Source: Octopus sinensis (lineage: Eukaryota). From it: a stretch of DNA of 64,000 nucleotides. Within the stretch, counting starts at the first letter, position 1. Each line of letters opens with the position of its first letter. The position numbers and the translations under genes were made by a program. The notes under the pieces are model-generated. The model was given only the letters and a program-made list of their open reading frames with translations, did no database searches and had not been told where the DNA came from. This document shows, in pieces, positions 27,976 to 42,297 of the stretch. Location: positions 136,896,001-136,960,000 of the forward strand of contig NC_042998.1 in the NCBI RefSeq assembly GCF_006345805.1, given 5' to 3'.

Positions 27976-28359
27976 CTACGAGCTTCTGACTCCCAAACTT
28001 ACTCACGGGAGCATGAGTTGTCCATTGCCGCACAATGGAACTGAGTCCGAAACTACATGGCTGCACAGCGAGCTGCTTAACCACCTACCTACGCCTGAAT
28101 CCTTAACTTTTAAAACGAATTCATATTCTCTATCTATATAGTGTGTAATACTTACCCAATATTTCTCCAAATTGTTCAAATAAATAAATATTCATATTTC
28201 TTAGGTTATATTACTTATGGAAAATCTTTGTTTGGTTCAGAGCAAACTTTTGGCTGATGATCTAAAATAGTATGAAAATGTTTTCATATGTTTTTTATTA
28301 TTCATTTTTAGAATCGAGGAAAAAGCAGTATATAAACAAAATATAAAAACCTTTAATAT

Positions 28360-28930
28360 AACCTCAGGTCCGTCGCTAAGCCCCTGCAACCTCTGGGGTC
28401 GTAATGAACCTCCGCGGTTGAGGGTCTCATGTTAAGATCGAAGTACGTGGATGAGTCATGTATTTACTTTGATTAAGATGTTGAACAAGAATTAAACTAT
28501 CTATGTTAACTGAAAATATCAAGAAATAAAATGGTAATACAGTGTACCTCAAAAGTTCTTGTAAAAATATTACATTGTGCCACGAACGTGTACCAGACTT
28601 TGTGGATTGTCTATGATATTTATTGAACAGGAATTTATCTCTCAGCTTGATTATTCTGAACTGATCGATGATTCCGCGAAGCGAAAAGTGCGCCGTGTTT
28701 GTCTCTGAAAGTTGTCTGGTTATAAAAGTGCTTCTTTGTTCATGTCTGGAAGATATACTTATTGAAATTTATAATAAACCTTAATCAAACTTGTACTTTT
28801 AAAGATGTTCTTTAGGATAACGTAAGATATTGAACTTCAGATAGAATAAAGTAAAATACAGCTATGAATAAAAGGTGCGTAGATTATGAATTTTGATTGA
28901 AGGGATGGGGCTGCAGAACAAAAGGTTACT
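28360..28930 (+). mobile_element. hAT-like remnant (C-terminal fragment)
   Basis: FIEQEFISQLDYSELIDDSAKRKVRR resembles the hAT transposase C-terminus. Confidence 0.45.
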
Positions 28931-29091
28931 GGAAGCCTCTAAGAGTAACGCGACGAAGCTGCATAACCTTAAACCGATAACAACGAATTTCTTTCCTAAG
29001 GGAAATAACTACTTCGAAAAAGTTTTCAAGGGACATAACTTTAAAACTATCGTATAGCTTTTCATACTTGCCTTTAGTAGAACGTAATATA

Positions 29092-29922
29092 TACGAGGTG
29101 GTAACAAAAAGTTCCCGGACTAAGTTGCACGCCAACAAATGAAAGCGCACAGTTCCGTGCGCATTGAGAGATAGCAGTAATATTCATGAGGTAGTGTGCC
29201 GAGTGACAGCGCTGTGGTTACTTCGCAAGTTATAAAATCTGTGTTATTTGTTATCACGGTATGCTGCAATCTGCGATTTTTTTCATTGGCAGGAAGTTGG
29301 AACAAAAAGCCAACGAAATGTGTTAAACTTACGAAGTCTACTACAGAGACATTGAGCATGCTTCGGCAAACTTACGGTTACGAGGTAATGAGTCGTACGC
29401 AATGTTTTGAGTGACACGGTCAATTCAAAAGTAGAAGAACGTCCCAGGGCCTGACCGTCAATCGAGAGTTTTATAGTGATGTTTTGAAGTGTTTGAGGGA
29501 GGACATTCGACGAAAGCGGCTGGATCTATGAAGCGCGAAGAATTGGATTCTTGATGACGACAAGCACCCTGTCACTGAGCTCTACTCACATGTGCGTTTC
29601 TTGCCAAAAAAAACATGGTATCACTTCAACACCCACCTTATTCGCCAAACTTTGCACCTGCGGACTTCCATCTCTTCATGAAGAGGAAAATGCAGCGCAC
29701 ATGTCATTTTAACACCGTTGTCAAGATCCAGAGCGAATCACTGAATGTCCTTGACTCGCTTACAGAAAATTACTTCCAGGCCAGATTTCAAAAATGGCAG
29801 GAACGTTGGGACTAGTAAGGTGCAAGGTGACTATTTCGAAGGAGATGATGTTTAAACTCAGGTAAATAGCTTATTTTTCATTCAACATAATTAGTCCGGG
29901 AACCTTTTGATACGACTTCGTA
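29092..29922 (+). mobile_element. Internally deleted mariner with TIRs and TA TSD
   Basis: TA-CGAGGTGGTAACAAAAAGTTCCCGGACTAA ... TTAGTCCGGGAACCTTTTGATACGACTTCG-TA; HPPYSPNFAPADF. Confidence 0.88.
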
Positions 29923-30004
29923 TTTTTTATTTAAAACTCATTTTATCTATAATGTATATTTTATAAATACATTTAGACAAAAGTCTAAATAACTTTTACT
30001 CTTT

Positions 30005-30385
30005 TACTTGTTTCAGTCATTTGACTGCGGTCATGCTGGAGCACCACCTTTAGTCGAGCAAACTGACCCCAGAGTTTATTCTTTGGAAGCCTAGTACTTA
30101 TTCTATCGGCCTCTTTTGCCGAACCGCTAAGCTACGGGAACGTAAACACACCGCCATCGGTTGTCAAGCGATGTTGGGGGGACAAACACAGACAAACATA
30201 TACACACATACATATATATATATATATACATATACGACGGGCTTCTTCCAGTTTCCGTCTACCAAATCCACTCACAAGGCTTTGGCCGGCCCGAGTCTAC
30301 AGTAGAAGACACTTGCCCAAGGTGCCATGCAGTGGGACTGAACCCAGGACCATGTGACTGATAAGCAAGCTACTTACTCCTGCGC
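30005..30385 (+). mobile_element. Second Octopus SINE family
   Basis: TTTCAGTCATTTGACTGCGG...CCAAGGTGCCATGCAGTGGGACTGAACCC; relatives at about 15120-15520, 27980-28100, 31157-31480, 42584-42680 and 61203-61300. Confidence 0.8.
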
Positions 30386-30529
30386 CTTATAAAGAAATTT
30401 TATATCTATTGTTCAATAATAAACTTCAGTCGATATTCTTTCAGTGAAAGAACAAACTATATATTAGTAAATGTTACTGCTGTGAAATGCCAAGTTAGTG
30501 TTATTAACGGATACAGCCTCTTTTAAAAC

Positions 30530-31130
30530 CGGTGAGAAATTGATGTCGTTAACTCGCTACTTTATTTGTGGGACAGACATGTAGGATAGTAGGAAATCCC
30601 AGAAGGTAGACGTTATGAAGAGGAAGTAGTGGGTGAAGTTGCCAATGTGAGATCTGGTGGGTGGGTGGGTGATAGTGGTGGTGGTTGTGGTTGTGGTTGT
30701 CATAAAGATTTGCCAGCAGTTTGCAAATGTTTACACTTCGTTGAGTCTGGTCATAGGTCAGTTCAAGAGAACCTTCACGAAAGTATCTGTTCATAAAGCT
30801 GAGCATATGTAGTAGTTGACTGATGGTACTTTGTGAAGGATAACTTCTGCCGATATTTTATGAGTGCTTCTGCTTGGCTCTTGTTCAACCATTACTAGCA
30901 ATATCTCATCTTCCACAATTGAATTGGTTTGTCTTCGAGACTGGTGTAAATCCCTTGAAACGTCCGTTGTGCCACACGTTCATTGATAATTCCTAGGCCT
31001 TGCCCATCATTAATTTCTTTTGCCACTACCCTTGCATTCAGTCCTTTACCCCAGTAGTTTGGGTAAAATGGCTCTAATTGCAATGTATTTGCTACTCTTT
31101 CTAAAAGTAGTAAAATATATACATGATCAT
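30530..31130 (-). mobile_element. Mariner-like remnant
   Basis: AKEIND..G.GIINERVAQR HTH-like segment; YPPDLTLATS decayed SPDLAPSD motif. Confidence 0.55.
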
Positions 31131-31939
31131 AGTTTATATCTGTTATCTGGTATCATTGACTTGTTTCAGTGATTAGACTGCAGCCATGCAGGCGCACCGC
31201 CTTCAAGAATTTTTAGTCGAATGAATCGATCCCAGTACTTACTTTTGTTAAGCCTGATATCTATCCTATAGGTCTCTATAGCTGGACCGCTTGGTTACGT
31301 GGACATAAACACACCAGCACCGGTTGTCAAGTGGTGAAAATATGCCCGCGCGCACAACACATGCACACGCACACACACACACACACATAAATACGACGGG
31401 CTTCCTTCGGTTTCTCTGTACTAAATCCACTCAGAAAGCTCTGGTCAGCTCGGGACTATAGTAGAAGGCACTTACCCCAGATACCCCTCTAGAGTGAATG
31501 CACAATGTGCCAGAGAGTGGATAATATTAAAGTAGTTTTGATGAGTGTAATATTAAGTTAATCAAGTACTTAAAAGTAAACATAGAACTTTTCCCTGCTT
31601 AAGTTCTACTTAGAGAGCTGATATAGTTGAGAAGTGTTGAGTAAATTGGTGTTATTATTTTGGCAAAGGAACAAGGAACAGAAAAATTAGCTGTAATTTG
31701 AGGACATCACCAGCCAGTAGAATCTAGGAACAGGCTGTGCTCTACAACTACAATATCTCGTCGCCAAAAATGTTATTACGCGAGTTTGTACACGTTAGTT
31801 GTAAGAAGAATAGTACCAAAATAAATATTTGGATATGGTTATCTAGAATAACCTTTCGCAGAATTAATATGTTCACACAGAGTGTACCCCGTACCGCTCC
31901 AAACGTAGTTACGCTATTAAACTAACACAGTAACCAATA

Positions 31940-32240
31940 CCGACGGTCAACTGTCTGACAATTCACATAATTTCTTTAGTTTTTTGAAATGCGTTAGTCC
32001 ACTTTCGGTCATGTGGAGGTGCTCAGGATCTTTCCACAACACCTCCCGTTTGTGAGAATCAACCTCCCATAACGTCTTCCCTTTTACAATTCCGTCGAGA
32101 GTTAAATATCTCTTACGCTTATGGTTTAATCCCAATATTTCCGTTCTTTTCCTTTTTCTAGTACTTGAACGTGCAGTTCCAATTTGTTTGGGTGTTGGTA
32201 CCTCAAACGTGTACCTCAAACTTCCATGGGAATTACATCT
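31940..32240 (-). mobile_element. Possible RTE-clade LINE 3' fragment
   Basis: RKRTEILGLNHKRKRYLTLDGIVKGK...LWKD loosely resembles the RTE ORF2 C-terminus. Confidence 0.35.
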
Positions 32241-32499
32241 CTCGTGACCGTTTCTTCCGTAAATCTTTTTTAAAAATTGGTTTATATGTCTTTTATGTAC
32301 GAATTTTTTACCTTTACCAAGAATAACAGTTTTCCAATTCGTTTAATAATTACACTGTCCTCCCAACTTTCTTTACTATATCTTTACGTTAGAAAAAAAA
32401 CTTTGCCTATTTTGAAGAATTTTGAATTATATTTATTGTTCGTCATTTTTCTTTTTTTCACTCGGTAACAACCTCTCAAAGACGGATCTAATCTTTCTA

Positions 32500-33245
32500 G
32501 CAAACATTAATTTCGCAAGTGACATTCCAGACGGGTTATTTGGATCAGGTGTTACTCGATACACTCTCAGAAATTGTGGAAGTGCTAGAAAGAAAGAAAG
32601 CTACAACAGAACTACAAGTCTCACGCCTACAAACAATACCAGCACCAACACCAGCAGCAACAAAATGCAGTAACTCCAACGCTGCAGCCAGAGATGAGCC
32701 AGAAGTTCCAACTACAGTAGCAGCAACACCAGATACGGGGCAAATGGAAGAAGCACCTAAGGCGATAAGACATCCAACATACACGTTTGTAGATAAATCG
32801 GTTCGGTCGGAACTGTCTTTAAGCAAAAAGGCGCTAGTTCACATTACTGGTTAGCGATGTGTGGTGCCTAAAGGATGAAGGAACCCCATAAACAATTAAA
32901 TGGAAGATCCTTGAACATCTGCGGCCCTATATAACCAGGAGCAGAGGATGCAATGTCTGCATAACAGAGCAGGTAAGGATCATAAAAGACACAATAGACC
33001 GGGGGACAAGTTTAAATTCCATTTCAAATGCTACAAGCGTGGGATTCCTCGTTCGTTAATAATAACCGTAAAAGTTTGCCGACTCGAACCGATATGAGGG
33101 CGATAACCCCCATCCCACCTAAGGCTCGGACAATATATATTTTTGTCTGAAAAATTAACCAGCTTTAACGTTTTTCTCGCTTCAATTTGAGGTTATGCGC
33201 TTCATGGATTCGAAATCATTGGTCACTTTATGACTGGCCATATAA
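32500..33245 (+). mobile_element. Penelope-like 3' fragment (GIY-YIG tail) plus associated repeat
   Basis: Frame reading VWCLKDEGTP*TIKWKILEHLRPY...CNVCITEQ; 33060-33245 is the reverse complement of the repeat at about 9385-9620 and 26080-26310. Confidence 0.6.
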
Positions 33246-33259
33246 TTAATTTAGTATAT

Positions 33260-33319
<60 letters not shown>

Positions 33320-33323
<4 letters not shown>

Positions 33324-33720
33324 TGATTGCCCCATCTTCTCAGATGATAGCTGTCGCCTTATCTTTCTTCGTTGTCAATGTCATCTCTTCCTTTTCATCT
33401 GTTACCTCTGAGATGACCATTTAGCTCCGATGCAGATCTGCGTGGTTTGAAACATTCATGTCGAAAGGAAATGGCCATCAGTCATGTAAAAACGCAGTTT
33501 TTACATCAGAGTATCCCTCTTCTGGAAGAATGCTGTGACGATATCTAGGGGTCCCTCACTCGCAGTGGCTTTATTGCATGCCCTGGTATCAATCAAGGTT
33601 ATAACTGCGTACGCGCGTTCAGATGGATTATCATCACATATGCCAGGTAACTTATAGATGGGATCCTGACAGGTGCTACTACACCAGAACCGAAGAATTG
33701 TAGTTAAGAGATGGCTTCAC
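33320..33720 (+). mobile_element. Interspersed repeat (third family), also at about 6290-6590 in opposite orientation
   Basis: CATATGCCAGGTAAC..ATAGATGGGATCCTGACAGGTGCTACTAC shared in reverse complement with 6340-6385. Confidence 0.7.
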
Positions 33721-35419
33721 ACACTCCAAAAGCCTGGAATTTTATACAAAACAAAATTAACGACGGAAATGATACCTGAAGATTTTTGACGGCTTACAGA
33801 AGACGACGGGACGCCGTAAGAAAAAAAGGACTTATTACAGTATAGCATATATCATAAATTAGCATTTAAGAGGCATAGTAACAATTTTCAAAAATTAGTT
33901 TAACACACACACAGACACACACACACTATACACACATACATACCCCCTGCACACACACAAATTTATATATACTTATATACATACAAACACACACATACAT
34001 ATATACATACGTTCGTACGTACGTACGTATATATGTATGTATGTACGTTTGTATGCATGTATGTATGCATGCATGCATGTATGTATGTATGTATGTATGT
34101 ATGTATGTATGTATGTATGTATGTATTTATGTATGTATGTATGTCAGATAATTTCAGAGTCCTTACTAGAGTATTCTTTCTTTCCTATGAAACTCTAACA
34201 GTAACGATATCTAAAACGGTACGTTATATCATAATTTCAAAAGCACCTTACGATAAAATTAAAGTATAATAACAATCGCTACACTAATATTTTGCCAGAA
34301 TATGGTTCAAGATTGATGTGAATTTAGCCCTGTTATATTTCCAGATATCTGCAGGATTACATTTTAATAACAGGCACCGTTTCGATTATTAGTATGTTTC
34401 GTGATTCATATTGCTGCATCGTAACTTTTCATATGAGATTTCAACTGAAGATGGAGGTTAAGATAAAAGGCAATTTTGTTAATCCGAAATATTGTTTTTA
34501 AGGGATGCTTCATGAAAGTGAAGGGACATTTGTATTCCTTGTTTCCCTACATTCCCTTTCGATATTGTGATAGTTATACTAATATTGATAGATAATTGCA
34601 TTAGCATTATTTAATTAGAAAGTGTAATCAGTGTATATTATGTAGATTATCATAGCCATTATAATTTAGTGAATTATATAACACTATTCTGCTTGTTTCT
34701 TTGTGACGCGAAACGATAAAATATCTTATAATTTTAGCTCGATTATAAATACATATCTCGAAATTATACATAACATAGAAATATATCTAAAACACTAAAA
34801 TCAATAAATTTAACAATTTTCCTACAAATATATTCTTGATAACTCATTCCTATGGTAGGTTTATTAGCCAATATATTAGAAGGTTCTGCAGATCGCACGA
34901 TTAAAGATATGAATTCATCGTCTGGGGATGGATCCGCTTATGATCTACGAATCAAATTAATTTTGGGTGGAATACGATCAGCAAAAACGGTTTCAACAAA
35001 TCCAGCAACGACGAAAATACAGAGGATCAAAGTATTTTTATTTATTGCCCACACAGAGGAGCCAAACAAGGACATACAAGGGGATTAAGTCGGTTACATT
35101 GACCCCAATGATTAACTGGTACTTATTTGATCGACCCAAATATGTTAAGGATTGAAGTTACTTCCACTCTCTCACTGGAACTCGCACATTACTCGGTTTT
35201 TATATTAATTTTTTCTAAAATTCTTTTACCCCACCTGCTATATTATTTGAAAAGATTACCTAATTCCCATTTCCATTTGCTGAGAAAACAAATTTCAAGA
35301 TACACACGAGCATTCAACAATTGTACTTGCGCAACACACGTTCACTTATTCCTTACTTCTGATCATCTAATTATTTATCGATTATTCTCTTAAGTATGCA
35401 TATCTTCAGAACCATTAAC

Positions 35420-36542
35420 TTTTGCTTACAGCTGTTAGTCCAGTGTCAATTTTAACATGGAGTGGAAAAAAGAAAATTTTCACTGTATTTTGCTTTTCTA
35501 TTTCCATAAAGAGAAGGAGGATGCTGAAGCTCACATAGAGATATGTAAAGTTTATGGTGTTGATGCTTAACAGTACGAACATGTCAGAAATGCTTTTAAA
35601 AATTCTGTTCTGGAGATTTTTCGCTCAAAGATGACCAACGTTCTAGTCGACCTACTGAAAGTGATGGTGACCCAATGGAAGCCATAATTGAATCTGATTG
35701 TCATATAACTGTGTGAGACATTTCAAAGAGGTTAAATGTATCACACACAACAATCGAAAAATCACTTAAAATGGCTTGGACTCGTAAAGAGGTTCGATAC
35801 TTGGATTCCACATAAATTGAAAAAGATTCACTTAACGCAGTGAATCAATATTTGCGATATGCATTTCAAACACAATGAAATTCATCTTTTTTTTGCAACG
35901 AATCATCACTGGTGATGAAAAATGGATTGTCTACAATAACATCAATCGAAAAAGATAATGGTCCAAGCATAATGAACCAGCACAAACTACATCGAAAGCT
36001 GAATTGCATCAAAAAAAGGTCATGCCGTCAATTTAGTGGGATTACAAAAGTGTTGTGTATTTTCAGCTGCTTCCAAGGAACCAAACAATCAATTCAGATG
36101 TTTACTGTTAACAACTAATGAAACTGAAGGAAGCAATCAAAGAAAAACGGCCAGAATTAGCAGATGGTAAAGGAATCGTGTTCCACCATGAAAACGCTTA
36201 ATCTACACACGTTTTTGCTAACTCGTCAAAAATTATTGGAGCTTGGTTGGAAAGTGATGTCACATCCACCATATAGCCTTTGCACCATCAGATTATCATT
36301 TATTTCAAAGATTGCAAAATTCTTTAAATGGTAAAACTTTCAATAATGATGACCTGAAATCGACTTTACTTCGGTTTTTGGCTGATAAGAACCAGAAGTT
36401 GAATGAGCGTGGAATCATGAAGTTGCCAAGAAGATAGCAAAAGGTTATCGAACAAAACGAAAAATATATAATTGATTAAAGTTCATTCTTTGTATGAAAA
36501 AAGATGGCTTTTATTTCACACTACTTTCTTGCCAACCCAGTA
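35420..36542 (+). mobile_element. Mariner-like transposon, degenerate near full length
   Basis: ITGDEKWIVYNN, FHHENA, HPPYS, APSDYHLF; 3' TIR CTTTCTTGCCAACCCAG-TA. Confidence 0.85.
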
Positions 36543-36931
36543 AGGAATTTTTTAAATATGAAGTACACGGAATACTGACGGATTGACTATACATTCTGTT
36601 CTTTTGTGGTAGAATTAATATATCGATCCGTTCAATGCCATCGCATGCTATTTAAGATTGTTTAGACGAGTTCTTTTGTTGCAAACTTTACCAGTATACC
36701 TCCAGCCTTAGTACAACTCATAATTTCTTTCACCCTCTGTTTTCACTATCAATTTATGAGACAAGAGGAAACGGTTCTAGGTATTGCCATTCAGCATTTG
36801 ATTTAGTCTATTTAGTCGATATGCTTGCACGTATATATATATATATATATATATACATTTGTGATGGTAGTGGGTTGTCTCTGTATGTATAAATATGTAT
36901 ATATATATGTATTTATTCATATAAATAGATA

Positions 36932-36981
<50 letters not shown>

Positions 36982-37143
36982 CATATATATATATATAAAG
37001 ATGAATTAAATATATATATACTATTGACAATCCCAAAATTTATTTATATTACAATATTACATTAAATTCTGTGAATATAAGAAAATATATTATATAACAT
37101 AAATAATTATAAAAACACATAAAAGCTCAACAAATCGTTTCGA

Positions 37144-37200
<57 letters not shown>

Positions 37201-38299
37201 TGATATACATAATCACATTTCCATTATATATAAAGTCACTTCAGGTTCATGGTTTAGAAAAAGACGAAATTCCGTGTGAAAGGACGGCTGGATTGTATAA
37301 ATTAATTCAAATGTCTGTGTTACGAGCGTGAGCGTTAACTATCCAATCATATATCAATTACAATTTAAAAACAACGGAAACACTTTAACGGACTATACAA
37401 TTAAGTAAGTGCAATCCACAACCATCGAAATTCACTTCGTTATATCTCAAACACATACCAATTGAACACCTTTTATTTCGAAGATAGTCGCTTGTCACCA
37501 CAACATGCAACAATAAGATACGTGTGTGTTTATATATGTATATAATTAAGTATCTAAGTCTGCTCCAATGTATAACTACAACGAAAATATATAAACAATT
37601 ACATTTTCAATGCAACAACTCTTCTGTCTTTTTTACTTAGTTGGTATAAAAAATTATTGTTTACATTAACTAATAATAATCTTCTATATTTATTATTTTC
37701 TCGAAAGAAAATAGTAGATATGAATAGAAACCTAATGAAAATTTCTCTCTTTGTTTACATAGCGACTAAGGGACAAAATACCCGTGTGTACTATCGGTAT
37801 CCGTTACCCGTGTTATCACCGAGCATTGGTGTGTAGGCACACTAAGCACGCGGAGTGCAGGTAACAACAGGATAAACAAGAGTTTATCAGGAAGCAAATA
37901 CAAATAATCAGAAAATGAAGAAAACTTCAGATTAACAAACACATCGATTGAAACACATTTATAGCTTATTTTTTAATACAAAGCCTGACATCACAAATAG
38001 GTGACGTTTCAAATCTTACGGCCATTTCCGCATCCGTTACCAAACGCTGTCTATTAATAATTGCGAAGATAAAATTCTTCACCTTCATAGGTGCTTCATC
38101 AGAGTAAACCACAAGTGAATCCAATATAAACAAAGGGAGAAAGGAATAGGAGAGGAAACATGGCCTAGAAAAGAAGAGCGCAAAATATTAAAATCATCTA
38201 CCAACTTGCGCTATGAGGTCCGTAGCCCCAAGATGGTAGATTATATGCTTTTAATATTTTGGGCTGCTTGACTTTTAGCTCCTTCGTGACATAAAACTG

Positions 38300-38970
38300 C
38301 AGCACTTTATGACAATCATGCACGACATAAGTAATGCGTTTACTCTAGAGAGAATGCCAAACTAATACAAAAAATATAATTCCCGGGAGTATGCGGATTA
38401 TAATGAGACGACCAGTAAAAATCTAAAATTGTCTAAGTAGGCCACTAAATGATAACAAACGATCTTATCTCAAATAACATTTCTCGTGATCAAATGAATT
38501 CAATACTCCTATGAAAAGAAGAGGGCAGAAAAAGAAGCCAGATCTGTCAAAAATATTAAAACATAACCTTCTATAGATGTACAAAAGAATTTGCTTCAGT
38601 ACCGTACAAGATAAGGCCACTGTTCGAAGAAAATGGCTCAAACTTTTCTATCGAGAGCTATACAAGAGACCCCGAAATGGACGTCACTGCACTGTTGCAA
38701 AGTTCCCAACTATCTCATCTAGAGTGAGGACCACGTATTGCAATAGTTTAGAATTCAAGGGCCCACAAATGTTTAATGCCTTGCCAAAATATCTGAGGGA
38801 TCTTCATGGAATAGGGTATATTTTCAAGAAAGAATTGGACATCCCTCTATCCAAGGTCCCAGATGAAATATCAAGTTAGGAGACTCAGCAGAGAGTAACA
38901 GTGCCGAACTCCCTTCTTCACCAAAAGCCAATCAAGTACAATTGACCATTAAAGAAATATTTATACTGGC
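38300..38970 (+). mobile_element. CR1-clade LINE 3' fragment
   Basis: NSLEFKGPQMFNALPKYLRDL...FKKELD...SKVPDE typical of the CR1 ORF2 C-terminus. Confidence 0.75.
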
Positions 38971-39311
38971 GGTGCTTCAGCATGGTAACAGCCTTAGGGC
39001 TGAAAATTGTAAAGGAATAAAAGAATAAAAGAATATATCCACATTTAGACTTTTACCTTTTCATACTCGCTTGGATCAGTCAGATTTTATAGAGTCCGTA
39101 GCTAAACCTCACGTGCTATTAGGTAAGCCATTATTTCACCGTGCCCAATAATGGTTACCAGGAAGATTGGAGACAAAGAACACCTTTCGCATGACAATGG
39201 CATTCACTAAGAATCCCTGGATGATGTCAAGTCAAGGGGACAGCAAAACAAACACACACACACATATTACATATCTACATATCTACGTATATATTTGAAC
39301 ATATGTATGTA

Positions 39312-39370
<59 letters not shown>

Positions 39371-39574
39371 TATATATATATACGTACGTATGCATATATA
39401 TACGGTTGGGTGTATACACTTACCTACCTACCTACACACCTACCTACGTACCTACATACATACATACATACATACATACATACATACATACATACATACA
39501 TACAAGCATACATACATACATACATACATACATACATACATACATACATGCTTACATACATACATATATATTAG

Positions 39575-40680
39575 GTCGTCAAGTATGAAATTTGTAGTAA
39601 GGTATATGGTAAACTTTGTCAGCTGCTCACTTTGTGCCATTATTATATTTTGACCATCTTATTCTTTGTTAGAAAGCACACATCTATTGCTTTATTCTAA
39701 CTTATTTTGCGCTTTATAAAGTATTTATAAATCGTTCTTTGCTATTTTTGTTTAGAAATGGATAAGTCGCAAATTCGTACAGGTTTGAAATATAAGTTCT
39801 TTCTTGTAAATACAATATCACAGACAGTTCGGAATATTAATGGAGTGTCTCATTCTAATGTTATTACACAGCAGACAGTATCAAATTGGCTTGCAATATT
39901 TTGTTCTGCTAACTTTGACCTCACAAAAGAACAACACGGTCGACCAAAAACAAAAGTGGATGATGATGAACTGAAAGTCACCGTCGAGTCAGGTCCATTT
40001 CAATGTGTGCCCGTGAATTATCGCTGTTGTTTGGTGTTGGCAAGCAAACAATATTGACTCATCTAATTCAAATCAGTAAAGTGAAAAAGTTGGATAAGTG
40101 GGACCCACATGAACTCAATGAAAATCAGAAATAGTAACGTTTTGAAGCTTGCATTATGCTACTTTCTTGTCACAAAATGATTCATTTCTGGATCGAACAT
40201 GTGATGAGAAATGGATCCAATACAACATCCGTCAGTCGCTCAGAAACAGGAGAAAAAACATTGTCGGAGCTCTGTACAGACTTCAACGAGGTAAGTACTT
40301 CACAAATATCAACCAGAACTGTTAGAAGAAGGCTTGTAGAGTACGGTCTGAAAGGCTGTAAAACCAGGAAGAAGCCGTGGGTTTCTGAAGCGAATATGGA
40401 AAAATGTCTTCAGCGGGCCACAAAACCACTGAAATTGGAACAGTGAGCAATGGTCAAAAGTTGAGAGAAGACTGGATTCCTAGCACCTGCAAGAAACTAG
40501 CTGATTCAATGCCTAACCGTATAAAAGCGGTTATTGATGCTAAAGAGAAGTCAGCCAGGTATTAAAACTGATGTATATTGTGAAATATACCAGAATCTAC
40601 CATGTGCACGAATTTCATTAACATTGAGATAGCAGAACTCCAAAACACCGGGGTGGCCTAATACTTTTGGCCAAGGCTGT

Positions 40681-40690
<10 letters not shown>
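39575..40690 (+). mobile_element. Fused mariner 5' fragment and Tc1 3' fragment
   Basis: MDKSQIRTGLKYKF..GRPKTKVDDDELK (mariner HTH) joined near 40220 to STRTVRRRLVEYGLKG (Tc1), ending TAATACTTTTGGCCAAGGCTG-TA. Confidence 0.75.
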
Positions 40691-40768
<78 letters not shown>

Positions 40769-42164
40769 CATATATACACGAAGTAGAAAAGTAAGTAGAA
40801 AAGAGAAGGCAAACAGTTTGGCAAAAATTACTTGACAAGGACATTTAATTTAGCTAGATAAAATAAGGCGGTGTTCCAGTATGGCCATTGTCAAATGACT
40901 GAAACAAATAAAAGAATAGTCTCTGACAATTGTTTTCAGGATATCTGAGCTACTGTGACATCGTGTTGAGGAAAATATTCCGTATACTGAGTATTCTGTG
41001 GTTGGAGAGTGATAGGTTAAATATATGTAACAGTGGAAGAACTCATTAGTGATAGTTGACGTGGTTCATTATGTCTAGAAAGGGAGGATAAATCCAGTAA
41101 AATCGGGTATTCCTAAGGTAACTCCATGATCAAAGAGAATGGTTAGATAGTAATCCATGGTGAAGGAAATTGGATGCTAATATTTCCAAAGTTGGACAAA
41201 TATTGTAGTATTTTTCCAACTTTGGAAATGCTAGAATATCTACTGGAACGCCATTGGTCATAGAAATGAATGACCGAGAGTTATTTGAGAATTTCAGCAA
41301 AGAAGTGAGAGATAGTAGAAACCTTTATTATTTGATGTGATCAGGCAAAAGGGAAATACTATTCACTCAGCATCAATTTACTGAACTGATTACGTTAATT
41401 TTAATATTTTTCATTTATATTGGAATTTCAACGAATGTCTATAGACAATCTATTTGACTGATAATTGCTGGAGTTTCAATAAAACCGTAACTGCTTCAGA
41501 TGAAGATTTTCCTTTCCACAAAAATCGTAACTGCTCGAGATCAGGATTTCTAACAACCCATACAAAAATGCTTTTCGTCCTTTTAACTTAACGCACAGAT
41601 GTACATTAAATAGATGGAATACTTGGACACATCGTCAGCGTCGTATTATGTCTGGAATCACTGAGTATTCCGAATTATACAAGCTACGTTCTGTAGGTAA
41701 TCAAGCTTAAGCCGGTGTGCAATCGACATTTTCCTTATCCTACCGATCATCTCTTTACAGCCAAAGCCATATAGGTACTTTCTTAACAGCCTCCTCATTT
41801 ATGTAATTTATAACACTAAGCTTGAAACATGAGATTATGAACAATTTCTTGCATTTTAATTATGAAATGAAAAAAGTAGAAAAAGAGTATCTATGATTGT
41901 GTCCAGATTGCACTCACACACTATTGGTCAACCAGAGATCATCGTGAAAGAGAACTGTGATCGAACTAAGAAACATGAAATTACAAAGTGTAGCTATAAA
42001 CAGTGCTGAATGTTTTGAAATGTTTCCAAATTCTTCGTATCCCTATTAAAATGTTATTATTCAAGAATATAATCAGTAAGACAATAACTTTTAGACATAA
42101 TTAGGGATAAGTGATGTGAACTGTAGAGTGGTCGTGTGCGTCTTTAAAATTGCTGACAGGGCGT

Positions 42165-42242
42165 TTGGAAACGTCAGAACATGTGTATAACCATATGCCA
42201 TGTGACGTATCTCACAAAATTTGAGAAGAAAATTCTATAAAA
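42165..42242 (+). promoter_or_regulatory. Core promoter of the plus-strand tachykinin copy (TATA, CRE-like half sites)
   Basis: TATAAAA 42236-42242, 62 nt before the ATG; CGTCA near 42173 and TGACG near 42203. Confidence 0.65.
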
Positions 42243-42297
42243 CCTGAGAAATCCCTAATATTCCATACAGATTCTGATTGTGATTTCTATATTCAAT

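Noticed and set aside
32519-32854. 111-aa Ala/Thr/Pro-rich ORF
   Set aside because: Runs directly into a Penelope GIY-YIG remnant; most likely transposon-derived.
42255-42270. CCATACAG and CAAATAG (2728-2734) as splice acceptors of a 5'-UTR intron
   Set aside because: A conserved TATA box lies only about 30 nt upstream in all three tachykinin genes, so these positions more likely mark the transcription start region.
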